DNA from: Octopus bimaculoides
Taxonomy: Eukaryota
DNA length: 64,000 bases
Reading direction: 5' to 3'
Assembly: GCF_001194135.2 (NCBI RefSeq)
Contig: NC_068985.1
Span: 66,768,500 to 66,832,499 of the forward strand
Numbering within the stretch: the first letter of the stretch is position 1; the number at the start of each line of letters is the position of its first letter. Shown piece by piece: positions 1-11,979 of this stretch. Under the pieces are notes generated by a model that saw nothing but the letters and a program-made list of their open reading frames with translations, was not told the DNA's origin and searched no databases. Both the position numbers and the translations under genes were made by a program.

Positions 1-142
1 CCTCGTTGTATAACAAAATATGAATATTTATTTTGGCCAAATTCCATGCCTATATCAGTTGAAAATGTTATTATCCCAGTTGTTTTTTGGCATTGTTCAC
101 GCTTTTAGCATAAATCTTCAGGTCGTCTATAAACAAATTATC
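1..142 (-). mobile_element. Dong/R4-type (RLE) non-LTR retrotransposon, RT fragment, 5'-truncated, runs off window start
   Basis: Minus strand reads NLFIDDLKIYAKSVNNAKKQLG, then after a stop/frameshift TFSTDIGMEFGQNK. These match the LF(M/I)DDLKLY and FS.DIGM.FG motifs of R4/Dong RTs. Begins directly after a (CATA)n tract. Confidence 0.8.
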
Positions 143-290
143 TATGTATGCATGTACGTAAGTATGTATGCATGTACGTATGTATGTATGTATGTATGTA
201 TGTATGTATGTATGTATGTACGTATGCATGTATGTATGTATGTATGTATGTATGTATGTATGTATGTATGTATGTATGTATGCATGCAGA
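143..290. repeat. (ATGT)n/(CATA)n tetranucleotide microsatellite
   Basis: Direct reading; separates two Dong/R4 fragments. Confidence 0.97.
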
Positions 291-560
291 TTTGTATGTT
301 TTGTTTTATGCATGTCTTCTCATGCATATACTTGCATATCTAGACATGCTCATATATATTTAAATGATAAACGTCTGGAAAGCTTTACAGATTACTTTTA
401 CAGTTCAGTGATGGCTTGAATCTGTAGTACTGGAATTAGCTTCCTTCTTAGTGGTTTTGAGAAACCTAATTTCTCAAGATTGGTATTTAGGCAGTGAGTT
501 ACATATACCTGTGCTCCAATAATTACACGTAGAGCTTGTAATCTTGATATACTAACAACA
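291..560 (-). mobile_element. Dong/R4-type element, extreme 3' end (ORF C-terminus plus 3' UTR)
   Basis: Minus strand VIIGAQVYVTHCLNTNLEKLGFSK...LQIQAI. 330-500 is clearly homologous at nucleotide level to 58890-59050. Bounded on both sides by (CATA)n (143-290 and about 563-581). Confidence 0.8.
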
Positions 561-2476
561 GATGTACGTATGTATGTATGTAGTTATACAAGTTTGCATA
601 AATAATTACGCATTCTGTCGTCAGGTTTTCAATTAAATTCATTTTCTCATCAAACTGTTATATCTTCATTTAAAAATTTATTAACCAACATATTAAAGAA
701 GATTACACTTGGCACTTCTCTGTCGATGCGTTTCATGCTTGAATATGTAAAAAAAGATTATCATTCATGATGAAACTGTATTCTATAGAGGGAAACTTAG
801 ATACGATATATATAAATTAAAATGCAGAATAGGATGAATATCCCATATAGAATAACAATATTTTCCAGAGAGTCGTTCTTTCTACAATGTTATTTTGATA
901 TAATTTTTGAATATTTCAAATCGGCTTCGCTATCTGTCACCTATAATCATTTATTGCTAATTTTATTTTGCTTGTCTGTTTGCCATTTATGCACGTATTT
1001 CAATTTAGCTATGATTATTAGATTATACTTTTTATATACTCATATATTATTATATACAAACCTGTTTTGCTTCCATCCCATTACTTTTCCAGTTTCCCGC
1101 TGTGTATATCTTCTTTCTTCGCTTTCGTATAAGAACAGTTCGCATGATATCATGTAAATTTATACAACCTTTAATGCAGGTGTGTTAAAAGAAAACATGA
1201 TATAGTACATTATTTTTCCAAAATGCACATGATCAATGTTGAAATATGTTGATTATAAAAGAATATGTTTTCATGCTGATAAAAGTTTTCGCGATTTATG
1301 CATTACGTGTTTAGAAATGGATACACAGAAAGTTAGATGTACATATTCGTGTATTCTATGTTTACATATTTCCATATGTATGTGTGTTGTGCGTGCGTGT
1401 ATGTGTGATATAGGGGACAGAAAAAAGACTGCGACGTGTTTCCTTGTATTTAGATTTCTATGTATCTTTATAACTGCACATACACGCGCGGACACTCACA
1501 CACATACATATGTACTTGTGTGAGTAAGTATTATATATATATATATANNNNNNNNNNNNNNNNNNNNNNNNNNNNNNNNNNNNNNNNNNNNNNNNNNNNN
1601 NNNNNNNNNNNNNNNNNNNNNNNNNNNNNNNNNNNNNNNNNNNNNNNNNNNNNNNNNNNNNNNNNNNNNNNNNNNNNNNNNNNNNNNNNNNNNNNNNNNN
1701 NNNNNNNNNNNNNNNNNNNNNNNNNNNNNNNNNNNNNNNNNNNNNNNNNNNNNNNNNNNNNNNNNNNNNNNNNNNNNNNNNNNNNNNNNNNNNNNNNNNN
1801 NNNNNNNNNNNNNNNNNNNNNNNNNNNNNNNNNNNNNNNNNNNNNNNNNNNNNNNNNNNNNNNNNNNNNNNNNNNNNNNNNNNNNNNNNNNNNNNNNNNN
1901 NNNNNNNNNNNNNNNNNNNNNNNNNNNNNNNNNNNNNNNNNNNNNNNNNNNNNNNNNNNNNNNNNNNNNNNNNNNNNNNNNNNNNNNNNNNNNNNNNNNN
2001 NNNNNNNNNNNNNNNNNNNNNNNNNNNNNNNNNNNNNNNNNNNNNNNNNNNNNNNNNNNNNNNNNNNNNNNNNNNNNNNNNNNNNNNNNNNNNNNNNNNN
2101 NNNNNNNNNNNNNNNNNNNNNNNNNNNNNNNNNNNNNNNNNNNNNNNNNNNNNNNNNNNNNNNNNNNNNNNNNNNNNNNNNNNNNNNNNNNNNNNNNNNN
2201 NNNNNNNNNNNNNNNNNNNNNNNNNNNNNNNNNNNNNNNNNNNNNNNNNNNNNNNNNNNNNNNNNNNNNNNNNNNNNNNNNNNNNNNNNTATGTTCTCCA
2301 GTCGGCAAGATATACTGCAGTGAATTATTCTCTGCAGAATTGTTTCCGGAATGTGGTGCGCCAGAGATGAGGCATTTTGATAAATAACCCCAATGTAATC
2401 GGTAGAACTGTACGCAAGACTTATTTCATGAAGACAATTCGTCTATAGTTCTCCAAATTATATTGATTCTTGAACG

Positions 2477-2544
2477 ATTGTGCTGATGAGAACACGGATG
2501 TTGCTGCGTAAGTAAAACGTTTATGTTCGAAACAGGTACACAAT
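2477..2544 (+). ncRNA. Type I minimal hammerhead ribozyme (PLE-style)
   Basis: Stem I ATTGTG(2477-82)/CACAAT(2539-44); core CTGATGA(2483-89); stem II GAACA/TGTTC; GAAAC(2529-33); AG loop; GTA triplet, predicted cleavage after 2538. Confidence 0.8.
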
Positions 2545-2689
2545 TAATTCTTTATTCTGTATATTTCTTATTTTGTCTTGTTCTGGTGTTTTGCGAAATT
2601 TTTCTGGAGAACATTATTTTTCTTTGTGATTTGGTGGTTGATGATCTCTTTCTAGCATATTGGATGTCCACTTAGTAGTCATCCCTTCT

Positions 2690-2716
2690 TACACACACAC
2701 ACACAGACACACACAC

Positions 2717-2762
<46 letters not shown>
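2690..2762. repeat. (CA)n microsatellite
   Basis: Direct reading. Confidence 0.95.
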
Positions 2763-2768
<6 letters not shown>

Positions 2769-3265
2769 GAATGGTGTCAATGAAAAAAATATTTTTTTGA
2801 ACCAACTAATTAGTAAGTTTAAATTAGTATATGGATATTTATGTTATTTCTTTGCATTACTAAATAAATTTAGTATTACATTATATATTATATATAATTC
2901 AGTTGTCTAGTATTAGATTAATATTTACAAATACTATAAAGTGTTCATCTTAAGTATAAAACTATATTAGTATATTCGCTGTTGAATTAAAGTTATAAAT
3001 TTAAAATTATATTATTCTTATTTATCTTAAATTATTACAAGCATTTAAATGAAATTTAATAATAATGACATAGAAATAAATTTATAATAGACCTTATAAT
3101 ATACCCTATTGTAATTTAAAATATTTATGTTGTCATATTCCGTATTGCCGGTTCTGTTTTTCGAAAGCATGTTTATGTAAGTTTACAATCATTAACTTAC
3201 AGTGGTTTATTTGCTCCTGAAAAACTAAGTAAATTTCTGTTTTCTTATTTATAATTAGTAAAAAT

Positions 3266-3362
3266 AATGATTATCGTAGTGCATAATGATTATAGTAGTG
3301 CATAATTCTTATAGTAGTGTATGATGATTATAGTAGTCCATGATGATTATAGTAGTGCATAA
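3266..3362. repeat. 19-bp minisatellite, about 5 copies (AATGATTATAGTAGTGCAT)
   Basis: Five consecutive imperfect units read directly. Confidence 0.9.
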
Positions 3363-4232
3363 TCTATACTATAAATTGCAGTGTTCTTGATTGCTTGATT
3401 GCTTGATTGATTGATTGATTGTTGGCAGATTCACTCGAGAACGGTGCAGTGGAATCGCGTGAAATTCAGCACAGAGTGGCAGCATGGTCCGCTCATGTTC
3501 AGGAGATTTTTATTGTCCTCCGACTCCCATGGTTACCGAGATAATCGATTATTACTTTTTAAGATAGGAATATCCCATTCAAAGTGGGGAGGGGCGATTT
3601 TGTTGCCTTTCACATGCGCGAAATTTTACGAAAAACCAGCACAATAAAGGTTATTATTTTCCAAGTAATGTGGCTGGGTTTGTTTTTCGAAAATTTTAAT
3701 CAGAGGCACAGAAAAAAAAATTCAATTTTTTGTGCATTAAAAAGCCAAAGCTGTTAGACGCTGGCATACAACGATCGATATATACGCAGTGAACGTTTTC
3801 TCCATTTGCGTGCAATAAGGCTTAGGGCAAGCGAGTTTAACATCGAAATAACTTTAAAGGAATGCATGTGGGAATGCCGTTATAATGAATGCTCATTTAA
3901 ATGTATTTTGCATGGAGTTGATGTACTTTTTAACAGGAGAATAGTGCCTGCAGGCTGGTTCTTCTCAAGTTTATGCATTTTCAGGTTCAATGTGTTTCAA
4001 ATAAGTACTGACAATTGAAGGTGATTGCAAAGACAAAGAACTACCTGTTTTTTTTTTTAACAATTTTAACAGTGAAAACATTGGACAAAATATGTTATTA
4101 ACATTAATAATTTGTACCTCAGCTAATTACTGTTGAGAACTGCATAATCCATGTGTCATGTTAGAGACCTAAAAGGCATTTTCGAATTTCATTATTTTCT
4201 TTAATCCAGGCAACGCTGGATATTTCTGCTAG
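3363..4232 (+). mobile_element. Non-autonomous Helitron (870 bp)
   Basis: 5' end TCTATACTATAAA after an A; internal (GATT)n-like tract; 3' hairpin CCAG-GCAACG-CTGG (4206-4219), then CTAG (4229-4232) and a T. Removing it restores AATTCTTA, the start of one minisatellite unit variant. Confidence 0.8.
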
Positions 4233-5574
4233 TTCTTAAATATAATTAAATATTTTATAAAAATTATGCATGTACGAATATTTATTATAGACACTATCAT
4301 ACTTAGTAAATTTATATTGTGTATATCTTGTACAGTTCTTTCGAAATTGTATACTCATAAAAAACATATTCATTTAGTGTAAAGTATTAGTATAGGTAAT
4401 GAATAATCGCAATTTTAAAAAATTGTTTAATATTAGCGTATTTAGAATATGCTTTTAAATGAATGAATAGTTGATTAAAGTTTTTTTAATGACTTTAATA
4501 AAATTGCATTATTATAGTAATAACATTATGCAATTATGATGATATATATTTATGGTTTCATTTTTTCAATAGTTATTTTCTTAATAAAACTGCGTAATTC
4601 TAATTTTGATTGCAAATTTAGTATAGGTAATTATAAATATGGAATATAGTGTAATTTATAATATTATTCCGTATTAGTCTAGTGAAGATAAATTATTTTT
4701 TATGATTACTATTATTATTATTACTATTATTATTATTATTATTATTATTNNNNNNNNNNNNNNNNNNNNNNNNNNNNNNNNNNNNNNNNNNNNNNNNNNN
4801 NNNNNNNNNNNNNNNNNNNNNNNNNNNNNNNNNNNNNNNNNNNNNNNNNAGCCCTTGTGGCCAATAAAACGAATTAATTATTATTATTATTATTAGTTTG
4901 TGCCATTTCGCCATGATTAATAGCGCGTTGTTTTTTGTGAGATTAACGAATTTTCTAAATATTTTGTCTGAATAAAATATATTTTTTCTAATAGTATGAA
5001 AAATAAAAGAAGACATTTCCTAGTCCGCCTTGAACTCTTATTATTGATAATTTATATATATATATATAAAAATAATGGGCAGAAATATTTTTAGATTAGT
5101 ATTATTAAAAGTGCACAAGAATATTTATGACTGTTATACTAGTTTTTATTTTTTCATTTATTTGAATTTTTTATTCTTATTTTTTATTATAATGTTTATC
5201 ATATTTTCAAATTATTGACGATCACGCTTACAAACATATTTAATGCAGTCTATTCTTAGGATTTAATAATCCTTACATGTAATTTTGTCAAATACGAGAT
5301 TCATACCCATAAACGTGAAGTTTTTTATAAGTTCATTATTTGGTATGAATCGAAAAAAGTTTGGGGGTTTATATTTGTATTTCTGTTCATATTACATTAT
5401 ATTATATTTATTATAATATAATATTATGTTAATAAATTATATTTAAAATATGTCACTGGTAAATTTCCATTTTCTTGTAATTTTCGTATATATATACATA
5501 TATCTATATGGTAGTGGTTGTCTCCTCAATATTCAGATTCTGACCATCTCTTGTACCTACACCTTAGAGCCACC

Positions 5575-5720
5575 ATGACGTCTGATTTGATTTTTTAAAC
5601 CAGACAATATATTAAACAGATACCCACATAGATTGCATATCTGATTTGGACGACCAAGAGCTGCAGTTTATTTCTGATCTTTGTGGATCTTAAAATGTCT
5701 TTCGAAGCCTCTGTTATATA
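5575..5720 (-). mobile_element. Possible RTE-type LINE C-terminal zinc-finger remnant
   Basis: Minus strand RGFERHFKIHKDQK*...ICNLCGYLFNILSGLKNQIRRHG resembles the tandem C2H2-like tail of RTE ORFs; decayed. Confidence 0.35.
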
Positions 5721-7949
5721 TACATAATTGAGTGTACAATAAGACGCGTGATAAGTGCTGCATCGTAGTAGTTAGAGCTCCATGTATATTATCATTAATC
5801 TACTAATTGATATACTACAAAGTATATATAAATATATATATATATGTTTAGAAGTCGATAATATCTTAGATTAGCGGTAACCTCAAGTTGTTTTCAGTTT
5901 CAAGTATATCTCTACAGAGATTCTGTAGAATTTAGAGCCGGCACTGCTTGTTACTTGGTAGTATATTATGGTTGCAAATCTAGTTATTGTGTCCTTGTTA
6001 GCAATTAAGGTGAGCATACCGTTGCCAGGAATGTGTTTAATGTGTAAATTAATTTATCAAATCGTGTTACGAGTCCAACTGTAGTAGGTTGGACCTGTTA
6101 CGTTCGTGGATAGCTGAAGCAATGCGTTCTTGTTTTCATGAAAGTCTAATAACTCTTGAATTATGCAGATATACCAATTACCTATTTTTTGTATCTTCGA
6201 GCATATTGTATTCATAGATATAATTGTGTTGTATATGAAACGTCGTAATTTGCAGTGTTGGCTCCAAATTCTACTGAAATTCTAGAGAAACTCTTTATAT
6301 ATATATATATATATTCGAAATGTGATATACCTCTTCCTTTCACATCAACCGCTAAACTCGTACATGGATATTATACACTTATTTCTCTGACATTTTCTAC
6401 CTGTTTCATTGCGTATATTATTCCCATGCTCTCAATACATTTATTTTATGACAATTTTTTCGGATGTTTCCCATCCATCCTCCATTTCCTGATAGCTCAA
6501 CATGTTATCAATCTCCAAAGTGACTAATTTTTGACACGTGCGCTGACATTTATGTTTTTCTGTGTGTCCGTGCGCGTGTATATAATACTAGATATCGATT
6601 TATTTTATTAGTATTCAATATGAATCCCAAATTATTTAATACGTATAGCGAAAATCATTACTTTGAAGATAGGGAAGGCTTGGCATGTTGTGTACTTGTG
6701 CTTGCAACGAATCATCAACCGCCCTTGGTACATGATCATAAACTTCACCTCTCTCCTTTGTTAGCTGATCAGGTTACTTATGTAGCCTAGACCTTAATGG
6801 AAATTTCTCTCTCTATTATATATACATGAATACGGACGTAGTAGATAACATCTAGCCTTCGGCAGCACCTTTGGATCCTGTTTTGTCCACGACTCTGATT
6901 AATTGGTATTGACGCAATTTGTCTCTTGCTCTATTGCGCGCAAAGATGCAACCCACCGAATCGCAGCCTTCAGATACGGTCACGTGAGACAGTCTTTTCT
7001 AAACTTCCAGTGAGCCGATACTACGATATAAAATGCTAGTTTTACATTGTCTAGAACGTCTTCTGGCTCGAGACCTGAGGTCTAGCCAATGGCCACAGAG
7101 CATACAGCCAGTTCCAGCAATGACACAACAGCAGCCACATTGAGACTCAACACTCAACCAACAGCATACGGCAGTCTCTATTTTCATCGCCTCCATCTAC
7201 TTCATATGCTACGTAAACAGCAACCAGCAGTAATCGGACAGGTTCTATATCCACAATGTTTGTGAATTTCTTCACCAGAGTTAACAGCAAATACCACTTG
7301 CGACAACCTCCTGTAACAAGAGATCGGCAGCAGCATTGTAGCCACAACTTCTTATGCGACACTACCTCTCCCCGGCTCTGCATTCGGCCTCAACTTCTTG
7401 ATACAGCACCCCAACTACTGTGTACCTTGACTACGAACTGGTATTTATCGTCCTTCTCTCTGGACTTTCTTCTAACGTCATATTATAGACATTTTCTATG
7501 CTCAGAACTTATCACACACGCATACATCCATGTTTGTATACACATACACTTTGTTTACGTACGGCCTGTCTATTATTATGTTTATATGTCGCACTCACAC
7601 AGACACACAAGTTAACATGTAAATAAAATCTCTTAAGCCTTCTACCGTTTGTCTCTCGTTTCCTTGTGGCACCTATACTCATTTAACCTTTTTCCTTCCA
7701 TGAACTATGTATGGAATTGTGAAGCACGTGCTAATCAGATTTTCCTACACTTATATATATACAGAGATGTATATATACGTACACACATATGCACACATAC
7801 ATATATAATTTTTTGTTACATACATGCATATATGCCTGTATGAATATAGATACAATAACTATATATACAAATGCATTTACATACAAATATAAATAGCTAT
7901 ATGATTACATATTTTTACATATTGGTACAATTCATGCATATTTACAATT

Positions 7950-8043
<94 letters not shown>

Positions 8044-8370
8044 GATATACCCGCGTTAATAATAAATGATATACACACATATACATACAAATGAATATAG
8101 AGACTTCCATAGATATAGTGTACACATACTTATAAATTCGCATACCCGTNNNNNNNNNNNNNNNNNNNNNNNNNNNNNNNNNNNNNNNNNNNNNNNNNNN
8201 NNNNNNNNNNNNNNNNNNNNNNNNNNNNNNNNNNNNNNNNNNNNNNNNNNNNNNNNNNNNNNNNNNNNNNNNNNNNNNNNNNNNNNNNNNNNNNNNNNNN
8301 NNNNNNNNNNNNNNNNNNNNNNNNNNNNNNNNNNNNNNNNNNNNNNNNNNNNNNNNNNNNNNNNNNNNNN

Positions 8371-8406
<36 letters not shown>

Positions 8407-8669
8407 CATATACATACACATACATATGCATATATACATATACACACAGACAAACATATATATATATATATATATACACATTGGTACATACATATACATA
8501 TATACACATACATATGCATAACGATATATCGATGGCATCTGATAAATATAAAATAAGATATGCCCATGTATGCAAGCGCTTACCTGTATATACAGAAATA
8601 TATAGTTATTCACATATACACATATATGTACACTTATATATGGATGCCAGCGAGTACAGATATTTACAC

Positions 8670-10140
8670 TTAATAAAATTTTCTAAACGCATATTTAGAA
8701 TATTGTGTTTCAAGTTAGAACACTCACACGTCTTTCATTAAGCAATTTCTTCTTAGATGTTAATATGTGATATAATTCATCTATACACAGCTTGCATCTA
8801 GCATCATTACTTTTATTCGATCTAGCATGATTAAGCAGTTTCCAAATTACTTTCTATGATTTCTTACTGTCCTTCAAATCCCAAATTAGTTTACTTAGAC
8901 TAGTACTGTTAATCCCATCTCCATTCCTAAAGGTGTATTCATGGTATGCTATCCCTCTTTTAGTAAAATATTCCGTAGACTCTATGTAAAAATAATTTCG
9001 TCGTTCCGAATCCACCCGACATCTATATACAATATTGTTCTGTAAACAAAAAACTATTAAATAAACATTTATCCTTATACCTAGTTAGATCATTATCTGT
9101 AATATTATTTTTTCTGTTATTATAAAAATTGTCCAAACTTTTATTATTAAAGGAGATGATTCTATACAAATTATTAGATATTGAAAAACTATTTGTTATT
9201 AATTATTTCACCAGCTTCACCAGATTCGTTTTTATTTGTCGTGCATAACAATGATAAACAAAATATAATTATCTTCATTATACTTAATATCATTGGATGT
9301 ATTTGGATTGGCATATGGCGTATATTTTTTATCATTTGATCTAAGTTTACTTAAATATTTATTTTTATTCAGGGTATATTTACTACTCTTGTTAGTATTA
9401 ATGTTAATGCTATTGTTAATCATATCATTACTAGTTACAAATAAATGGGATACTTTTCTATTATATTCACCCACTTGGTTGTCAATCAGGTTTTCATTAT
9501 TATAATTAAATTTGTTGTAGCTCTCATTCTTATTACAATATACTATACTATTCTAATATCATGTCTTTTTTAACGGTATCATTATAGTATTCGGTGTTAT
9601 TATTAAAGATTTTGTCATTAGATGTTAAATAAGAAACAAGTCTTCAAATGTTATCAACCAGCGTTCTGGTGATAGTTTTAGGATGCTTACTGTGAAAGTT
9701 GATGCATTTTAAACTATTGAGTTTATGATAGGGACTGTATAGGCCAGTAACAAGCTTCAGATTTACATCCAAGTAATTAACTGAATCATGTTCATTTTGA
9801 ATAGAGATAGACAAACCAAATCTTTTAAAAATGTATGGAACCTTTTGGTATATAGGTTTATTTTTCTATAGGATTTACTATTGATAAAAATAGTACATCA
9901 TCTCTATAGAGACCACTTTTAATTTCCGGAAATACGTTATGGAAATGATATAGTATGTAAATACCTACTAAGTCAGTAACTTGGGCGGAATCGGCTGAGC
10001 CCATGGTTATGTCAAAATAATCAGTAGTAAATTTTCTGACCTAGTACTTGTTATTGAATAGAATGATAGACTTCCTAGCTTCCGAAATAAGTTTAGTTTC
10101 TCTTAGGTATTCTATTCTATCGCTAATCTTAAGATTGAGT
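8670..10140 (-). mobile_element. Penelope-like element, decayed RT, linker and GIY-YIG endonuclease, 5'-truncated
   Basis: Minus strand FDITMGSADSAQVTDLVGIYIL...GLYRDD...VNYLDVNL...TGLYSPYHKLNS...HSKHPKTI (RT and thumb), an Asn-rich linker, then NIVYRCRV...FYIESTE...YHEYTFRN...STSLSKLIWDLKD...RCKLCIDELYHIL (endonuclease with CxxC). Several stops and frameshifts. Confidence 0.88.
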
Positions 10141-10142
10141 GC

Positions 10143-10418
10143 TATTCGCATAAACCTTCTTTCAGATACCCCGAAAATAGGACAAAGACTAGCCTGGCAA
10201 AATACGTCTAGCAATTAAAAGAAAGCGAAACCCGACCTTTCAACGTGACATGGAGGATTTTAGGTAGAGCATCACCTTACAAGCACGGTGCCCACAAAAA
10301 CCAATCAAATGCGAGTTATGTTTATTAGAGAAACTCCATATCTTATTCCAAGACAAGAAAGCTTTAAACCAAAGACACGAACTTTTAAATTCATGTAGAC
10401 ATGCTTCTAAATTTTAAA
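10143..10418 (+). mobile_element. Second Penelope-like element, endonuclease C-terminal fragment
   Basis: YSHKPSFRYPENRTKTSLAKYV*QLKE...VTWRILGRASPY; after a frameshift KCELCLLEKLHIL...LNQRHELLNSCRHASKF*. Confidence 0.85.
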
Positions 10419-11855
10419 TGTCGGCTAATAACATATATATGGGTAGTATATTTTTGATAATTTTTGACTCCTGGAAACCAGTTTGCAATCTCAATATTGG
10501 ATTTGTACCGCATTATACATGATTTACTTCACATTGCAAGAATATTGTATCGATCCCTAAGTCTTTTAAAGAAAGAATACGGCTGTTATATGCATAGTTT
10601 TGTTGTTTTTATATTACTTTATTTTATTTTATTTCATTTATTTAAAAATATTTTGTTAAGAAATTTAACCGTTTTTATGGATGGTTCCATATATGGGATT
10701 CTATTATGAAAGTATTTTTGCTCAATTTTCGCTCCTATAGACTCAGCAATTTCTTAAAAAGTTGTCTGCATATATACGTTAAGACTTAAAAGTTTTTATG
10801 TGCATGCCTGTATTGTAACAATGCATATGTATTCGTATGTGTGCGTCTATGCTTATGTATAGTGCCTATGTTTACACTTGTGCACATACATACGTGCTTT
10901 CGTGTGTGTGCGTCTTTTTATATGCATGGGTAAGGGTATATGCTTATATTTACACATACATACACATATTCGTGTGTGTGCGTTTGTTACATATGAGAAT
11001 CTGCGCTCAAACTTATACACATACATACTTCAATGTGTGCGTACGCACGTATACGATTATATTTTTGTGTATTCGCGTACATATCCCTATATATCTGTAT
11101 ACGTGATGCTAATATACATTTTTGTATACACATATATACGTAATCCAATTTTGTGTACGTTTGTTATATACGTTACACTTCCTTCTTTCTTTCTTTCCTT
11201 CTTACTTTCTTTCCTTCTTTCACTTTCTTTCTCTATTTCTTACTTCTCTTCTTTTTTCGTACTGTCTCTCCTTCCTTCTTCATTTCTTTCTTTCCTTCCT
11301 CACGAAAACCACACTCTCTCCCTTTCTATATTAGTAAGGTCCTTTATCTATACGCTACTCTTCTCCACCCCTTACTTCCCCCTCCATAAGTTTAAGATAC
11401 ACTTGCCTGTTCCAAACCTGAATAATTTCTGTACGCGACCATGATTGCGAGCATATGTGTATGTGTATACATGCGTATTCGTGCATGTATTTATGTCTTA
11501 CAAATATATGCCTATATACGTATATTGTCTGTACGTATGCATCTGTGTATTTTGATAAGTATATGTATGTTGTAGATAGTCTAGTATGCATATATACTGT
11601 TGTAGAATTTAAATTTTAATATGTCAATTGCGCGATAATTCGAATATTATTATTTGCACTATGTATTTTGAACCCACTTTTGAATTTAAGGTTTTCTTTG
11701 AATTTTTAAAAATAAGATGAACCTATATTAAAGTCATTTGTTTTGTTTATTTTGTTCATTGCATAACTAAAACCGTTATTTGAAACGACTAATGAAACAG
11801 ATCCAAGTGTTTCAATTTTATATTGGTTTTGATTGCATCGCCCTTTCTCTCCAAC

Positions 11856-11901
11856 AAAACTGTCCGATGAACGGGAACATGAAACTCTGAGTAACAGTTT
11901 T
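11856..11901 (+). ncRNA. Type I hammerhead ribozyme, CCGAUGA-core family (copy 1)
   Basis: AAAACTGT-CCGATGA-ACG GGAA CAT-GAAAC-TCTGA-GTA-ACAGTTTT: 8-bp stem I, stem II with one mismatch, predicted cleavage after 11893. Confidence 0.72.
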
Positions 11902-11933
11902 TTATTGTTATATCTCTGCTTCTTTTAAATGAA

Positions 11934-11979
<46 letters not shown>

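Noticed and set aside
20-419. YVCM/HTYI repeat ORFs (and similar ones at 7949-8613, 34371-34927, 59396-59618)
   Set aside because: Translations of microsatellites, not proteins.
3266-3362. Short direct repeats as a CRISPR array
   Set aside because: Units are contiguous with no spacers, the context is eukaryotic, and there are no cas genes.
9293-9505. Hydrophobic ORF suggesting a mitochondrial insertion or membrane protein
   Set aside because: It is the antisense of the Asn-rich linker of the Penelope-like element.
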